Assembly: GCA_046757845.1 (NCBI GenBank)
Contig: JBHHYZ010000003.1
Span: 26,628 to 90,627 of the forward strand
Source of the DNA: Gemmatimonadota bacterium
GTDB taxonomy: Bacteria > Gemmatimonadota > Gemmatimonadetes > Palauibacterales > Palauibacteraceae
Reading direction: 5' to 3'
Length of the DNA: 64,000 nucleotides
Part shown: piece by piece, positions 1 through 8,046 of the stretch
Layout: every line of letters starts with the position of its first letter
How positions within the stretch are numbered: the stretch's first letter is position 1
Translations under genes and position numbers: made by a program
The notes under the pieces: model-generated
The model's database searches: none
What the model saw: only the letters and a program-made list of their open reading frames with translations
What the model was told of the DNA's origin: nothing

Positions 1-647
1 TGAGCCGTCCAGGCCTCGTACTCGCCCGCCTCGTGAATCACCACCCGCGCCCTCATGCGATAATGCCCCAGACCGCACAGCTCGGCACAGCCGATCTCCA
101 TCTCGCCCGGCCGCAGCGCCTGGAACCAGATGCGGATCTTCATTCCGGGCACGGCATCCTGCTTCACGCGCAGATCGGGGATGAAGAACGAGTGGATCAC
201 ATCTTCGGACTCCAGCTGCACGATCACCGGTTCTCCCGCCGGGATGTGGAACTGGTTCCGCAAGTGGAAATCGTCATCCGTGCCCAGCTCGCCATCCGCG
301 CCTGGATATGTGACATTCCACTCAAACTGTTTTGCTTTAACTCCAATAGTTAAAGCATCTTCTGGGAATGACGCATTCCCGCGAATCCCCGCCCAAATCC
401 GACCGCTATAGATGCCGAGAAACACGAGCACGAGGGCGGGCACCGCGGTCCAGATCAACTCCAGACGCTGGCTCCCATGGGTATACAGCGCCCGGTGCCC
501 CTCGCGCCGACGGTACCGGATCGAGAACCATACGATGCCCACCTCGACCAGCACGAAGGCGATTCCCGTGATCACGAGAATGATGAAGAACAGCCTGTCG
601 ATGTCGATCCCCTGGGTCGACAGGTTGGGAGGCAGCGACCAGTCCAC
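1..647 (-). CDS. coxB: cytochrome c oxidase subunit II, C-terminus cut by the window edge
   Basis: My own minus-strand translation from a GTG at 645-647 gives two N-terminal TM helices, then the COX II core 'IGVKAKQFEWNVTYPG' and the CuA site 'GEMEIGCAELCGLGHYRMRARVVIHE'. There is no stop codon before position 1, which explains its absence from the ORF track. Confidence 0.8.
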   Translation of the reverse strand, partial: MDWSLPPNLSTQGIDIDRLFFIILVITGIAFVLVEVGIVWFSIRYRRREGHRALYTHGSQRLELIWTAVPALVLVFLGIYSGRIWAGIRGNASFPEDALTIGVKAKQFEWNVTYPGADGELGTDDDFHLRNQFHIPAGEPVIVQLESEDVIHSFFIPDLRVKQDAVPGMKIRIWFQALRPGEMEIGCAELCGLGHYRMRARVVIHEAGEYEAWTA

Positions 648-723
648 GGCGTCTCCTCTCCTTGGAGGTTTCGAACCCCTTGAGGTCCGTTCTCTCGATC
701 TCGGGCGAGCCGCTCGCGGCCGC

Positions 724-1617
724 CTAGCGCCCGGCCCCCGCCGGCTGAGGATCCGGCGATCTCCGCCCGGCGGCCGCCGAACCGTGGTCCACGACCAACG
801 GCGTACCGAGGGGAACATCGGCCCCTGCCGCCATATCCGCGCTGTACTGGAACGCGACCTCCTGCGTCTCCTGAGGTCCCAGGGTGACGTTCTGCGTCAG
901 CGTCCCGTACTTCTCGTGCCACGCCTCGATCACATAGTCGCCGGGTGGGAGGTTGGGGATCTCGAAGCTGCCGTCCGCTCCCGAGACCGCGAAGTACGGA
1001 TGGTCCACCACCCCGATGTAGGCGTGCATCCAACCGTGGACGTCACACTTGACCGGAATCATCACCTCGGGCGTTCGGAACTGCCGCCTCGACTCCATCC
1101 CCGCCTGGGGCTGACTGATGTTGAACCCACGGTTGGCCGTGGGCTGGGTGTTGATGTTGTGCAGCACCGGATCGTCGTTCTTGATCAGGAGAGTCTGCCC
1201 TGTCTGAACACCCAGCACATGCGGATGATAGCGGCACCCAGCCTGGTCGATCTCCACGCTCTCCTCCGGGGGTGGGAAGCTTCCCGAAAGACCCTCCTTC
1301 ACGTACACGAACACGTTGGCCAGCTTGCCCTCGTTCACCACCACCGTCTGAGTGGTGGGTCCCTGGTCACCGTACTTCGCGGCGCACGCCGGCTCTTCCG
1401 ACATGTCGATCGGCTCGGCCGGAGGCGGCGTGCCATCGAACGAGATCGTGCCACGGATCGCCGCCGCTTCCTCCGGGCTCACCGCGGGCGCTGCCGCTTC
1501 GGTCGCCTCCCCGGCCTGTCCACCGGACGAGGAACCCGCTCCTTCTCCACCGCCACCGCAGCCGAACAGGACGACCGCCGGAAACAGTGCCACAGACTTC
1601 AAGATCAGAGTTCGCAT
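724..1617 (-). CDS. secreted lipoprotein-like protein with a cupredoxin-like (type-1 Cu) motif and a carboxypeptidase-regulatory-like domain
   Basis: Internal ATG at 1615-1617 gives 'MRTLILKSVALFPAVVLFGCGG', a signal peptide with lipobox. 'KCDVHGWMHAYIGVV' fits a cupredoxin C-x2-H-x2-M loop. The C-terminal 'GADGSFEIPNLPPGDYVIEAWHEKYG' is CarbopepD_reg-like. The ORF-track N-terminal extension from 2070 is spurious. Confidence 0.5.
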   Translation of the reverse strand: MRTLILKSVALFPAVVLFGCGGGGEGAGSSSGGQAGEATEAAAPAVSPEEAAAIRGTISFDGTPPPAEPIDMSEEPACAAKYGDQGPTTQTVVVNEGKLANVFVYVKEGLSGSFPPPEESVEIDQAGCRYHPHVLGVQTGQTLLIKNDDPVLHNINTQPTANRGFNISQPQAGMESRRQFRTPEVMIPVKCDVHGWMHAYIGVVDHPYFAVSGADGSFEIPNLPPGDYVIEAWHEKYGTLTQNVTLGPQETQEVAFQYSADMAAGADVPLGTPLVVDHGSAAAGRRSPDPQPAGAGR

Positions 1618-1682
1618 GCCTTTCCTCCGTAAGTGTCGATTCGATTCCCGGAACCGTCCAGGGCGGGCGGATCGGGAACCCG

Positions 1683-3233
1683 TCATGGCGCCGGGAAGCG
1701 GCGTTGCGCCCGGCGAACGAGACCGATGCTCAGTCCGCCCGTGAGCAACACCGCGAGCAACGGTACCAGAAGCACCCTTGCCGAGCCCGGCTTCTCGAGC
1801 AGCACGTAATACCAGGTTCCGATCGAGCCTCGAGTCCCGGTTTCTCCGCTGGAGCCATCCCAGGCGAAGAAGGCTACGGGAATCGGCGTTCCCTGCTCGA
1901 ATCCGAGTTCGCTTTCGTCGGCCGCGTCCAGGGCTCTGCGCAGCACCAGGCTCCAGCGTCCCTTCTCGTACGCCGACTTCGCCGTCAGGCCTCCACCGAC
2001 CAGTGGCTCGAAGTTCGCCAGGCCCCTGGCCCAGGCCTCCGAGCCCCCCTCCAGGCTGTTCCAACGCCACAGGTAGGCCGGGTTCCGCTCGTCTCCCATG
2101 AGGAAATATGGACGCTCGGAGCCCTCCGGAATCTCGGGTGGAAACTGGACGGCGAAGGCGTCCGGAATTGGACGTGTGGGAATTCCCTCGCTATCGGCGA
2201 ACAGGCTCGCGGCGATCTTGGCCTGCCATTCGTCCCAGTTCGGATCCGGACTCCGGGAAGGATCGTCCCAAACGAGCCGAAGCGCCAGGTCTGTGCCGTC
2301 ATGCAGACCCTGCACCCACACGCCGTCCACCGTCGGAGAGAACTGGCGCGGCCTCCGAATGACCTGGCCGACGAGCGGGAAGTAGAACGCTTCGGCCTGC
2401 TCCCAGGCCGGATCTTCCGGGGAATCGGGCACCTTTCCTTCCGTCCGCCGCACTCGGACCACCTCGCGCACGTGCGGGGCCTCCCGCGGACCCAGGTTGG
2501 CTACGTAATGCGCCAGCTGCCAGATCTCCTCATCCGTGACGACCCCCCCCTCCAGAACATCGATGGCCGCCGGCATCGGCGTGCCGTCAAGGCCCGTCAG
2601 GATCCGGGTGTGGATGGCCTCGACGCTGCTTCCACCATTGAACAACCATGACTCGGTGAGGTCCGCCGCCCGGATCGGCAGCTTCCGCCAATCCTCCAGC
2701 GACGGTGCCGAGGGGCCATCTCCGCGGCCGGCCTCTCCGTGACACTTGGCACACTCGAGCTTGCCGAACACGGTTCGCCCTGATTCGATCGCGTCCTCCC
2801 CGCCGCCAGGGTCCGAAGTGAATTCCATCGCTTCCGGCACCTCGTCCTCGAAGAACGGGGAGAACGCCTTGATGTAGGAGAGCACGTCGGCCCGCTGCGT
2901 CGACGACAGGTTGGGCCAGGACGGCATGGTGGTGCCGGGGATGCCATGCTCGAGGACGCGTTCCAGGTCCGCGTCCGTGGGGAGTTCGCCGCTCCCGGTC
3001 GTCCGGACTTGATAGCGCGCGGCGGTGAAATCGCGGGGACGAGGAAGCATGCGTTCCGCCGCCGGCCCATCTCCCTTCCCATCCTCCCCGTGGCAATCCA
3101 CACACCACCGCTCGTACACCAGGCGACCCCGCTCGGAACTCTGAGCGACGACCCGACCCGAAGGCCAGCCCAGAGCTGCGAGCAGCGCGATGCCCACGCC
3201 CAGCTTGACCCGAACCCTTCCCCCATCCCTCAT
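1683..3233 (-). CDS. diheme c-type cytochrome fused to an EB_dh/DOMON-like heme-binding domain
   Basis: The internal start 'MRDGGRVRVKLGVGIALLAALGW' (signal peptide) lies at 3231-3233 and overlaps the upstream stop (ATGA). Two CXXCH motifs: CVDCHG and CAKCHG. The C-terminal half ('PYFLMGDERNPAYLWRWNS...AFFAWDGSSGETGTRGSIGTWYYV') resembles the ethylbenzene-dehydrogenase gamma / NxrC-type heme domain. A C-terminal TM helix follows. Confidence 0.6.
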   Translation of the reverse strand: MRDGGRVRVKLGVGIALLAALGWPSGRVVAQSSERGRLVYERWCVDCHGEDGKGDGPAAERMLPRPRDFTAARYQVRTTGSGELPTDADLERVLEHGIPGTTMPSWPNLSSTQRADVLSYIKAFSPFFEDEVPEAMEFTSDPGGGEDAIESGRTVFGKLECAKCHGEAGRGDGPSAPSLEDWRKLPIRAADLTESWLFNGGSSVEAIHTRILTGLDGTPMPAAIDVLEGGVVTDEEIWQLAHYVANLGPREAPHVREVVRVRRTEGKVPDSPEDPAWEQAEAFYFPLVGQVIRRPRQFSPTVDGVWVQGLHDGTDLALRLVWDDPSRSPDPNWDEWQAKIAASLFADSEGIPTRPIPDAFAVQFPPEIPEGSERPYFLMGDERNPAYLWRWNSLEGGSEAWARGLANFEPLVGGGLTAKSAYEKGRWSLVLRRALDAADESELGFEQGTPIPVAFFAWDGSSGETGTRGSIGTWYYVLLEKPGSARVLLVPLLAVLLTGGLSIGLVRRAQRRFPAP

Positions 3234-4057
3234 CACTCCCCTCCCGCCGCCTGTTCCCAGGTTCGGGGCGTGCTTCCGGTCTGCCGGTACAGGAAGATGA
3301 TCACGGACCATATGTCGTCTTCGTCCAGCACATCTTCCCATACGGGCATGGCCGAGTTCCAGGGCGTTCCCTCCACGGGTAGCCCCGGTCCTCCCTTCGC
3401 GATCCTCCAGAACACGTAGCTCTCCTGGAGCTGTGAGATCGTGCCCCCGCTCGAGAAATCGGCCGGTATGGGTGAGAACGCCGCGGCGTAGTGCCCGGCC
3501 CCATCCAGCCGATCGCCGTGGCAGGGCACGCAGTTCTCCGCGTAGATGCGGGCGCCGTGGCGGTAGGACTCCTCCAGGTCGCCCAAGCTTCGCAGGGGGT
3601 TCTCCAGGCCGGCCAGGCGCATCGTCCGCCCCCGGAACGTGATCTGGGTTGGAGGAGCCGGATGGATGGATCGCAGGCTGGCCGGCGCTCCGAAGCTGGG
3701 CTTCACGCTCTCGTAGGCCAGGTAACCAACCAGGAGTGGGAGACAGACGAGCAGGATGCCCCGAAGCCACCGTCGCTCGGATTCCACCATGGTACGGTGG
3801 ATCGGCTGCTTGAACTCCGTCCAGCGGTTCTCATCCGCGCTCACGTAGAGCAGCACGCCGGCCACGGCGATCAGCATGTACTGCAAAAGCACGGAGTGTG
3901 GAACCGGAGCGCTGTGCACGCCCGCGGCGGGCAGGAGGGATCCGATTCCGTATTTGAATACCACGTAGGATCCGATCAGGAGCAGCACGGCTTGCCAGAA
4001 CGGATGCCGCAGGTATCCTCTCATCTCCCGTCCTCGCGTCGATCCGGCCTCCTCCAC
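3233..4057 (-). CDS. membrane-anchored monoheme c-type cytochrome
   Basis: N-terminal TM helices, then one CXXCH (CVPCHGD) in a C-terminal soluble domain. The start is either 4057 or the ATG at 4024. Confidence 0.6.
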   Translation of the reverse strand: MEEAGSTRGREMRGYLRHPFWQAVLLLIGSYVVFKYGIGSLLPAAGVHSAPVPHSVLLQYMLIAVAGVLLYVSADENRWTEFKQPIHRTMVESERRWLRGILLVCLPLLVGYLAYESVKPSFGAPASLRSIHPAPPTQITFRGRTMRLAGLENPLRSLGDLEESYRHGARIYAENCVPCHGDRLDGAGHYAAAFSPIPADFSSGGTISQLQESYVFWRIAKGGPGLPVEGTPWNSAMPVWEDVLDEDDIWSVIIFLYRQTGSTPRTWEQAAGGE

Positions 4058-4061
4058 GAGA

Positions 4062-4865
4062 TCATTTCGCGCCCCGCAGAAAATCCACCAGGGCCTCGAG
4101 CTGCGCGGCGGTCAGCCGATCTCCGAAGTTGGGCGGCATGGTTCCGGCGAACGCCTCGAAACCCTGAGCGGTGTCGGCGTTGGGCCGTAGGATGCCCCGT
4201 CGCAGATACTCCCGATCCTTGCCGGCAAGGCTGCTGAACGGCGGGCCCACCTTGCCGCCTTCGCCCTCGAGCTCGTGGCAGGCCAGACATCCGAGCGTAT
4301 GGATCAGCTCGCGTGGGCTCAGCGAAGCCTCGAGGATGGTCCCCCCGCCGGCGGCGGTCCCCCCGCTTCCGTCCACACCTGCGGCCTTGGCCGGAATGTC
4401 GTCGGCGGTCACCGTCACCTCCCCACCCTGGCTCTCCAGAAAAGCGACGAGAGCCCAGATCTGGGACTCCGACAGCGTACGACCCATGGGCGGCATGATG
4501 GGCTGGAAGCCCTCCACGACATACGCCGCCGGGTCGACGAGGGATTCGTAGAGATACTCCTTGCACGACATCCCCGGCTTGCGGGACGCGCACCGGGTTC
4601 CGACCTCGCGCAGCAGATCCGGCGCGCGCGTTCCCAGGCCATGGCAGGCCGTACAGCCGCCCGCGCCCCGGAACAGCTCGCCGCCGATGCGCACCAGCTC
4701 CTCTGGGGTCACATCACCACTGATGCTCACAGCCTCCGGGACCTCCGACTGAACCTGCGGGATCATGTTGGCGACCGCCGTATACACGGCCAGTGTCCCG
4801 GCCACGGTGAGGCCGATGTTCAGGTTCGTGCGCCACATGGAGGTACGACCGAATTCGCGGTTCAT
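4062..4865 (-). CDS. membrane-anchored diheme c-type cytochrome
   Basis: N-terminal TM anchor and two CXXCH motifs (CTACHG, CLACHE). The start overlaps the upstream stop (ATGA at 4862-4865). Confidence 0.65.
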   Translation of the reverse strand: MNREFGRTSMWRTNLNIGLTVAGTLAVYTAVANMIPQVQSEVPEAVSISGDVTPEELVRIGGELFRGAGGCTACHGLGTRAPDLLREVGTRCASRKPGMSCKEYLYESLVDPAAYVVEGFQPIMPPMGRTLSESQIWALVAFLESQGGEVTVTADDIPAKAAGVDGSGGTAAGGGTILEASLSPRELIHTLGCLACHELEGEGGKVGPPFSSLAGKDREYLRRGILRPNADTAQGFEAFAGTMPPNFGDRLTAAQLEALVDFLRGAK

Positions 4866-6691
4866 TCCGGCCTCCCCCCGGCCGGAGCTGTATCTCCCGA
4901 CGATCGGCCGACCGATCTCGCGGCGCTGCTCATCAGAGCGGGCTTCTCCACTAGGCCGCCCAGCCAGAAGATGAGCCCCACCAATCCGAAGAAGATGAGA
5001 ACGCAGATGCTGATCATGGTGGCGGCGGGTCCGAGCGCGGGGGTGGCGGCCTGGGGACTCGTATCGCGCATCACCTCGTACACATGCCAGTGTTGCCGGA
5101 TGCCGCTACGGGCGAAGCCCATGAGTCCCATGAGCCAGGTGAAGGTGACCGCCAGAACGAGCAGGGCGTACTGCGAGCGCGCCGGCATCTGGCCCCAGCG
5201 GATCGCACCACGCGACGTGGCTCCCCGCATCATCGCGATATCGATGGCCACCACGAACACGATGGTGGCGAGGACGGCCAGCACCTGGTAGACGCTGAAG
5301 CCGATGCGGATGATGGCGGTCACGAAGTAGCCGTACACTCCGTAGAAAACCACCACGAGGGCCGCGACTCCGAACGCCAGCCCCTGCAGCCAGGTGCCGG
5401 CTCGCGCCCACGCCACGACCGGCTCCTTGTTGGCCCGGCGATACAGAAGAAACGAGAGGAAGGTCGTGAGGATCATGAGATTCACGGCCGTGTTCTTGGC
5501 GCTCATCACGCCGAGCACGCCGAGAAACGGGTGGTGAGTACCGCCCATCGCGGCGATCTCATCTCGATTCGCGATCATCGTATGCGGGGTCGACCACACC
5601 AGGACGCCCAGCACCAGCACCAGAAGCATCCACTTGATGTGGGGCCGGAAGCGCTCGGCCCCCGGAATCCTTCCCATCCCGATCCACAGGTAGTAGTTGC
5701 CCGCCAGGAAGAGCACTCCGATCAGGAACGCCTGGATGATCCACAACCAGCTCATGAACCCGCCCATCATCGTGATGCCCAGCTGCTGGTTGTACTCGTA
5801 GATCTCGCGGCCGAGATAGTAGCCCGCGAAGGGGAGGACGATGAGGGCTCCGATCGCGATGAGGTTGCCGATGTAACCCATCCAGTCGTAGTGGGCCCGT
5901 TCCTCCTCGGTCCGCGCGGCCAGGAATCGGTAGGCGGCATAGGCTCCGACGATCGCTCCGCCGAACACCACGTTGGCGATGAGGCGGTGGATGTTGATCG
6001 GCATCCACGTCGCATTGGCCAACGCGCTCCACAGCTTCACCTGTTGTGGCGCCGTGTCCGCGGTCACCTCCGCCGGCGGGCTCATCATGTACGTGAGCCA
6101 ACCGTTGGCGATGAACATCACCGTCGTGCCCCATACATTGAGGAGGATTCCGAGACCCAGGTGGAATCTCTTGCCGGCGCCCCGGCTCCAGCGGTCCCAA
6201 CCGTAGTAGTAGAGGTACAGGGTGAAGGATTCCACGAAGAACAGGCCCACATACAGCCACATGGACGGGCCGAAGATCGCCGTCAGATAGACCCAGAATT
6301 TCGGGTAGAGGGTGGACAGGAAGAATACGAGCACCGCCCCCCAGATGGCAGTGGCGCTGTACGCGATCAACAGCAGGCGGGTGAACTCCTTGGCCAGCTT
6401 GTCGTAACGCTCTTCCCGGGTGAATATTCCGATCCCCTCCACCACCACGGCGAACATCGGCACACCCAGCACGAACGCCGCGAACATCAGATGGAGCTGG
6501 GCCGCGATCCACACTGCGCCCCGCGCATCCAGACCGAACAGGTGGAACTCCCCGTAAGCGGGAGGGCCGTCCTGCGCCAGCAGCGGGCCCGCCACCAGGA
6601 GCAGCGACGCGGCGGCCAGGACCCAGACGAGAGCGGAGCAGCGAGGTCGGCTCTTCTCTCCGGAAGAACGCTTCATCCCTGGCGCCATCAA
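4862..6691 (-). CDS. cytochrome bd ubiquinol oxidase subunit I-like (CydA family) integral membrane protein, orphan (no CydB)
   Basis: 609 aa and polytopic. The N-terminus 'AAQLHLMFAAFVLGVPMFAVVVE' matches the CydA helix-1 signature with the heme-ligand His. 'ANGWLTYMMSPP' is a GW..E-like motif. It is longer than canonical CydA, with extra C-terminal TM helices. No CydB gene is adjacent. The start overlaps the rSAM stop (ATGA). Confidence 0.65.
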   Translation of the reverse strand: MMAPGMKRSSGEKSRPRCSALVWVLAAASLLLVAGPLLAQDGPPAYGEFHLFGLDARGAVWIAAQLHLMFAAFVLGVPMFAVVVEGIGIFTREERYDKLAKEFTRLLLIAYSATAIWGAVLVFFLSTLYPKFWVYLTAIFGPSMWLYVGLFFVESFTLYLYYYGWDRWSRGAGKRFHLGLGILLNVWGTTVMFIANGWLTYMMSPPAEVTADTAPQQVKLWSALANATWMPINIHRLIANVVFGGAIVGAYAAYRFLAARTEEERAHYDWMGYIGNLIAIGALIVLPFAGYYLGREIYEYNQQLGITMMGGFMSWLWIIQAFLIGVLFLAGNYYLWIGMGRIPGAERFRPHIKWMLLVLVLGVLVWSTPHTMIANRDEIAAMGGTHHPFLGVLGVMSAKNTAVNLMILTTFLSFLLYRRANKEPVVAWARAGTWLQGLAFGVAALVVVFYGVYGYFVTAIIRIGFSVYQVLAVLATIVFVVAIDIAMMRGATSRGAIRWGQMPARSQYALLVLAVTFTWLMGLMGFARSGIRQHWHVYEVMRDTSPQAATPALGPAATMISICVLIFFGLVGLIFWLGGLVEKPALMSSAARSVGRSSGDTAPAGGRPE

Positions 6692-8046
6692 TGCCTCCGT
6701 GCGAAGAACGGCAGGCGACGGGAGAAATCTACCGGCATCTCGGCACGCACCTCCTGCATCACTTCAAGCGTGATCCGCTCGTAGCCCCGGTCCCGGGCGA
6801 AGGACTCGACTCGGCCGGCCACCACGCCGCGGACGAAAGAAGGAATCCGCCTCAGCTTCCGCTCCGCCTCCGGAGTCCACTCCAGGGCGCGCGTGACCTC
6901 GGCCCCGTAGGTGGTCGCCCGGGCGCGCGGGACGGGCTCGGCCCAGCCGGCCGGCTCGTAGGCACAGGACTCATCGGGTCCCAGGAAATCGCCATCGGTG
7001 GCATAGGCTCGGGCTCGACAACCGCCGCACACCTCACGGTATTCGCAACGGCCGCACTTGCCGCCGGGCCGACCCTCGCGCAGCAGGCGGAACAGCCTGG
7101 ACGAGCGCCATATCGTGCCGAAGTCGTCCTGCCGGAGGTCGCCCGCCACGGCTGGCATGTAGGGGCATGGCGTCACCGCCCCCTCGGGGGTGATCCGACA
7201 GTACTGGACTCCACACGGGCAGCGGGTCGCGTAATGCAGGAGCGGCGATTCGGGGTCTCGCTCATACACGTGCCGCATCAACTGAGGCTGGCACTTGGAG
7301 CGGATCATGAGCCGGCCACGGTATTCACGCTGCAACCGAACCAGCTCCAGCAGCACTTCCTCGTTCTCCGTCGGTGACAGTCCGGCCATGCCGCTGCCGC
7401 GGCCCGTCTCCACCAGGAAGTAGAAGTTGACGCACACCGCACCCATCCGATCCGCCCAGGACACCAGTCCCTCCACCTCGCGGTGGTTTCCCCTGGTGAG
7501 GGTCATCTGGACCACGAAGTCCAGACCCTGCCGGCGGAGGCGGCCCACGGCGTCGAGCGTGTCCTGGAGCGCCCCCCGGCCATGTCGGAAGCGGTCATGG
7601 TAGCGCGGATTCAACGAATCGACGCTGAGGGCGACTCCCTGCACGCCCGCTCCCATCAGGGATCCGATCCGCTCCTCCGTCAACAGTGTCCCGTTCGTCC
7701 CGACCACCACGGTGGCGCCCCCGCTCGAAGCGTGGCCCGAAATCGTTTCGAGATCCTCACGTAGCAGGGGCTCACCACCGCTGAGGATGAGCATCGGCGC
7801 GGGGTTGACCGACAACACCTGATCCACGATGCGAAGACACGCGTCCGTGCCCAGCTCTTCCTCCGCTCCATGCCATGAACCGGCCGAGATGTAACAGTGG
7901 GCGCAGGCCAGATTGCAGCGCCGCGTGAGATTCCAGGCCACGACGTGAGGCCGTGCGACAGTCGCTTCATCCCGCCCCCGGGAGAGTGGGCCGAGGGCCG
8001 GCTTGAGCCACCGAGTGGCTCGAGCCTCACTCCGACTCCCGCCCAT
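6688..8046 (-). CDS. radical SAM/SPASM-domain protein (NirJ/AhbC/AhbD-like) with a C-terminal PCP_red-like domain
   Basis: 'VVAWNLTRRCNLACAHCY' is the CxxxCxxC radical SAM motif of the SPASM/NirJ group. The C-terminal Cys-rich region 'CPCGVQYCRITPEGAVTPCPY...CGRCEYREVCGGCRARA' is the SPASM domain. The tail 'TPEAERKLRRIPSFVRGVVAGRVESFARDRGYERITLEVM' resembles the BchB/ChlB C-terminal PCP_red domain. Confidence 0.7.
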   Translation of the reverse strand: MGGSRSEARATRWLKPALGPLSRGRDEATVARPHVVAWNLTRRCNLACAHCYISAGSWHGAEEELGTDACLRIVDQVLSVNPAPMLILSGGEPLLREDLETISGHASSGGATVVVGTNGTLLTEERIGSLMGAGVQGVALSVDSLNPRYHDRFRHGRGALQDTLDAVGRLRRQGLDFVVQMTLTRGNHREVEGLVSWADRMGAVCVNFYFLVETGRGSGMAGLSPTENEEVLLELVRLQREYRGRLMIRSKCQPQLMRHVYERDPESPLLHYATRCPCGVQYCRITPEGAVTPCPYMPAVAGDLRQDDFGTIWRSSRLFRLLREGRPGGKCGRCEYREVCGGCRARAYATDGDFLGPDESCAYEPAGWAEPVPRARATTYGAEVTRALEWTPEAERKLRRIPSFVRGVVAGRVESFARDRGYERITLEVMQEVRAEMPVDFSRRLPFFARRH

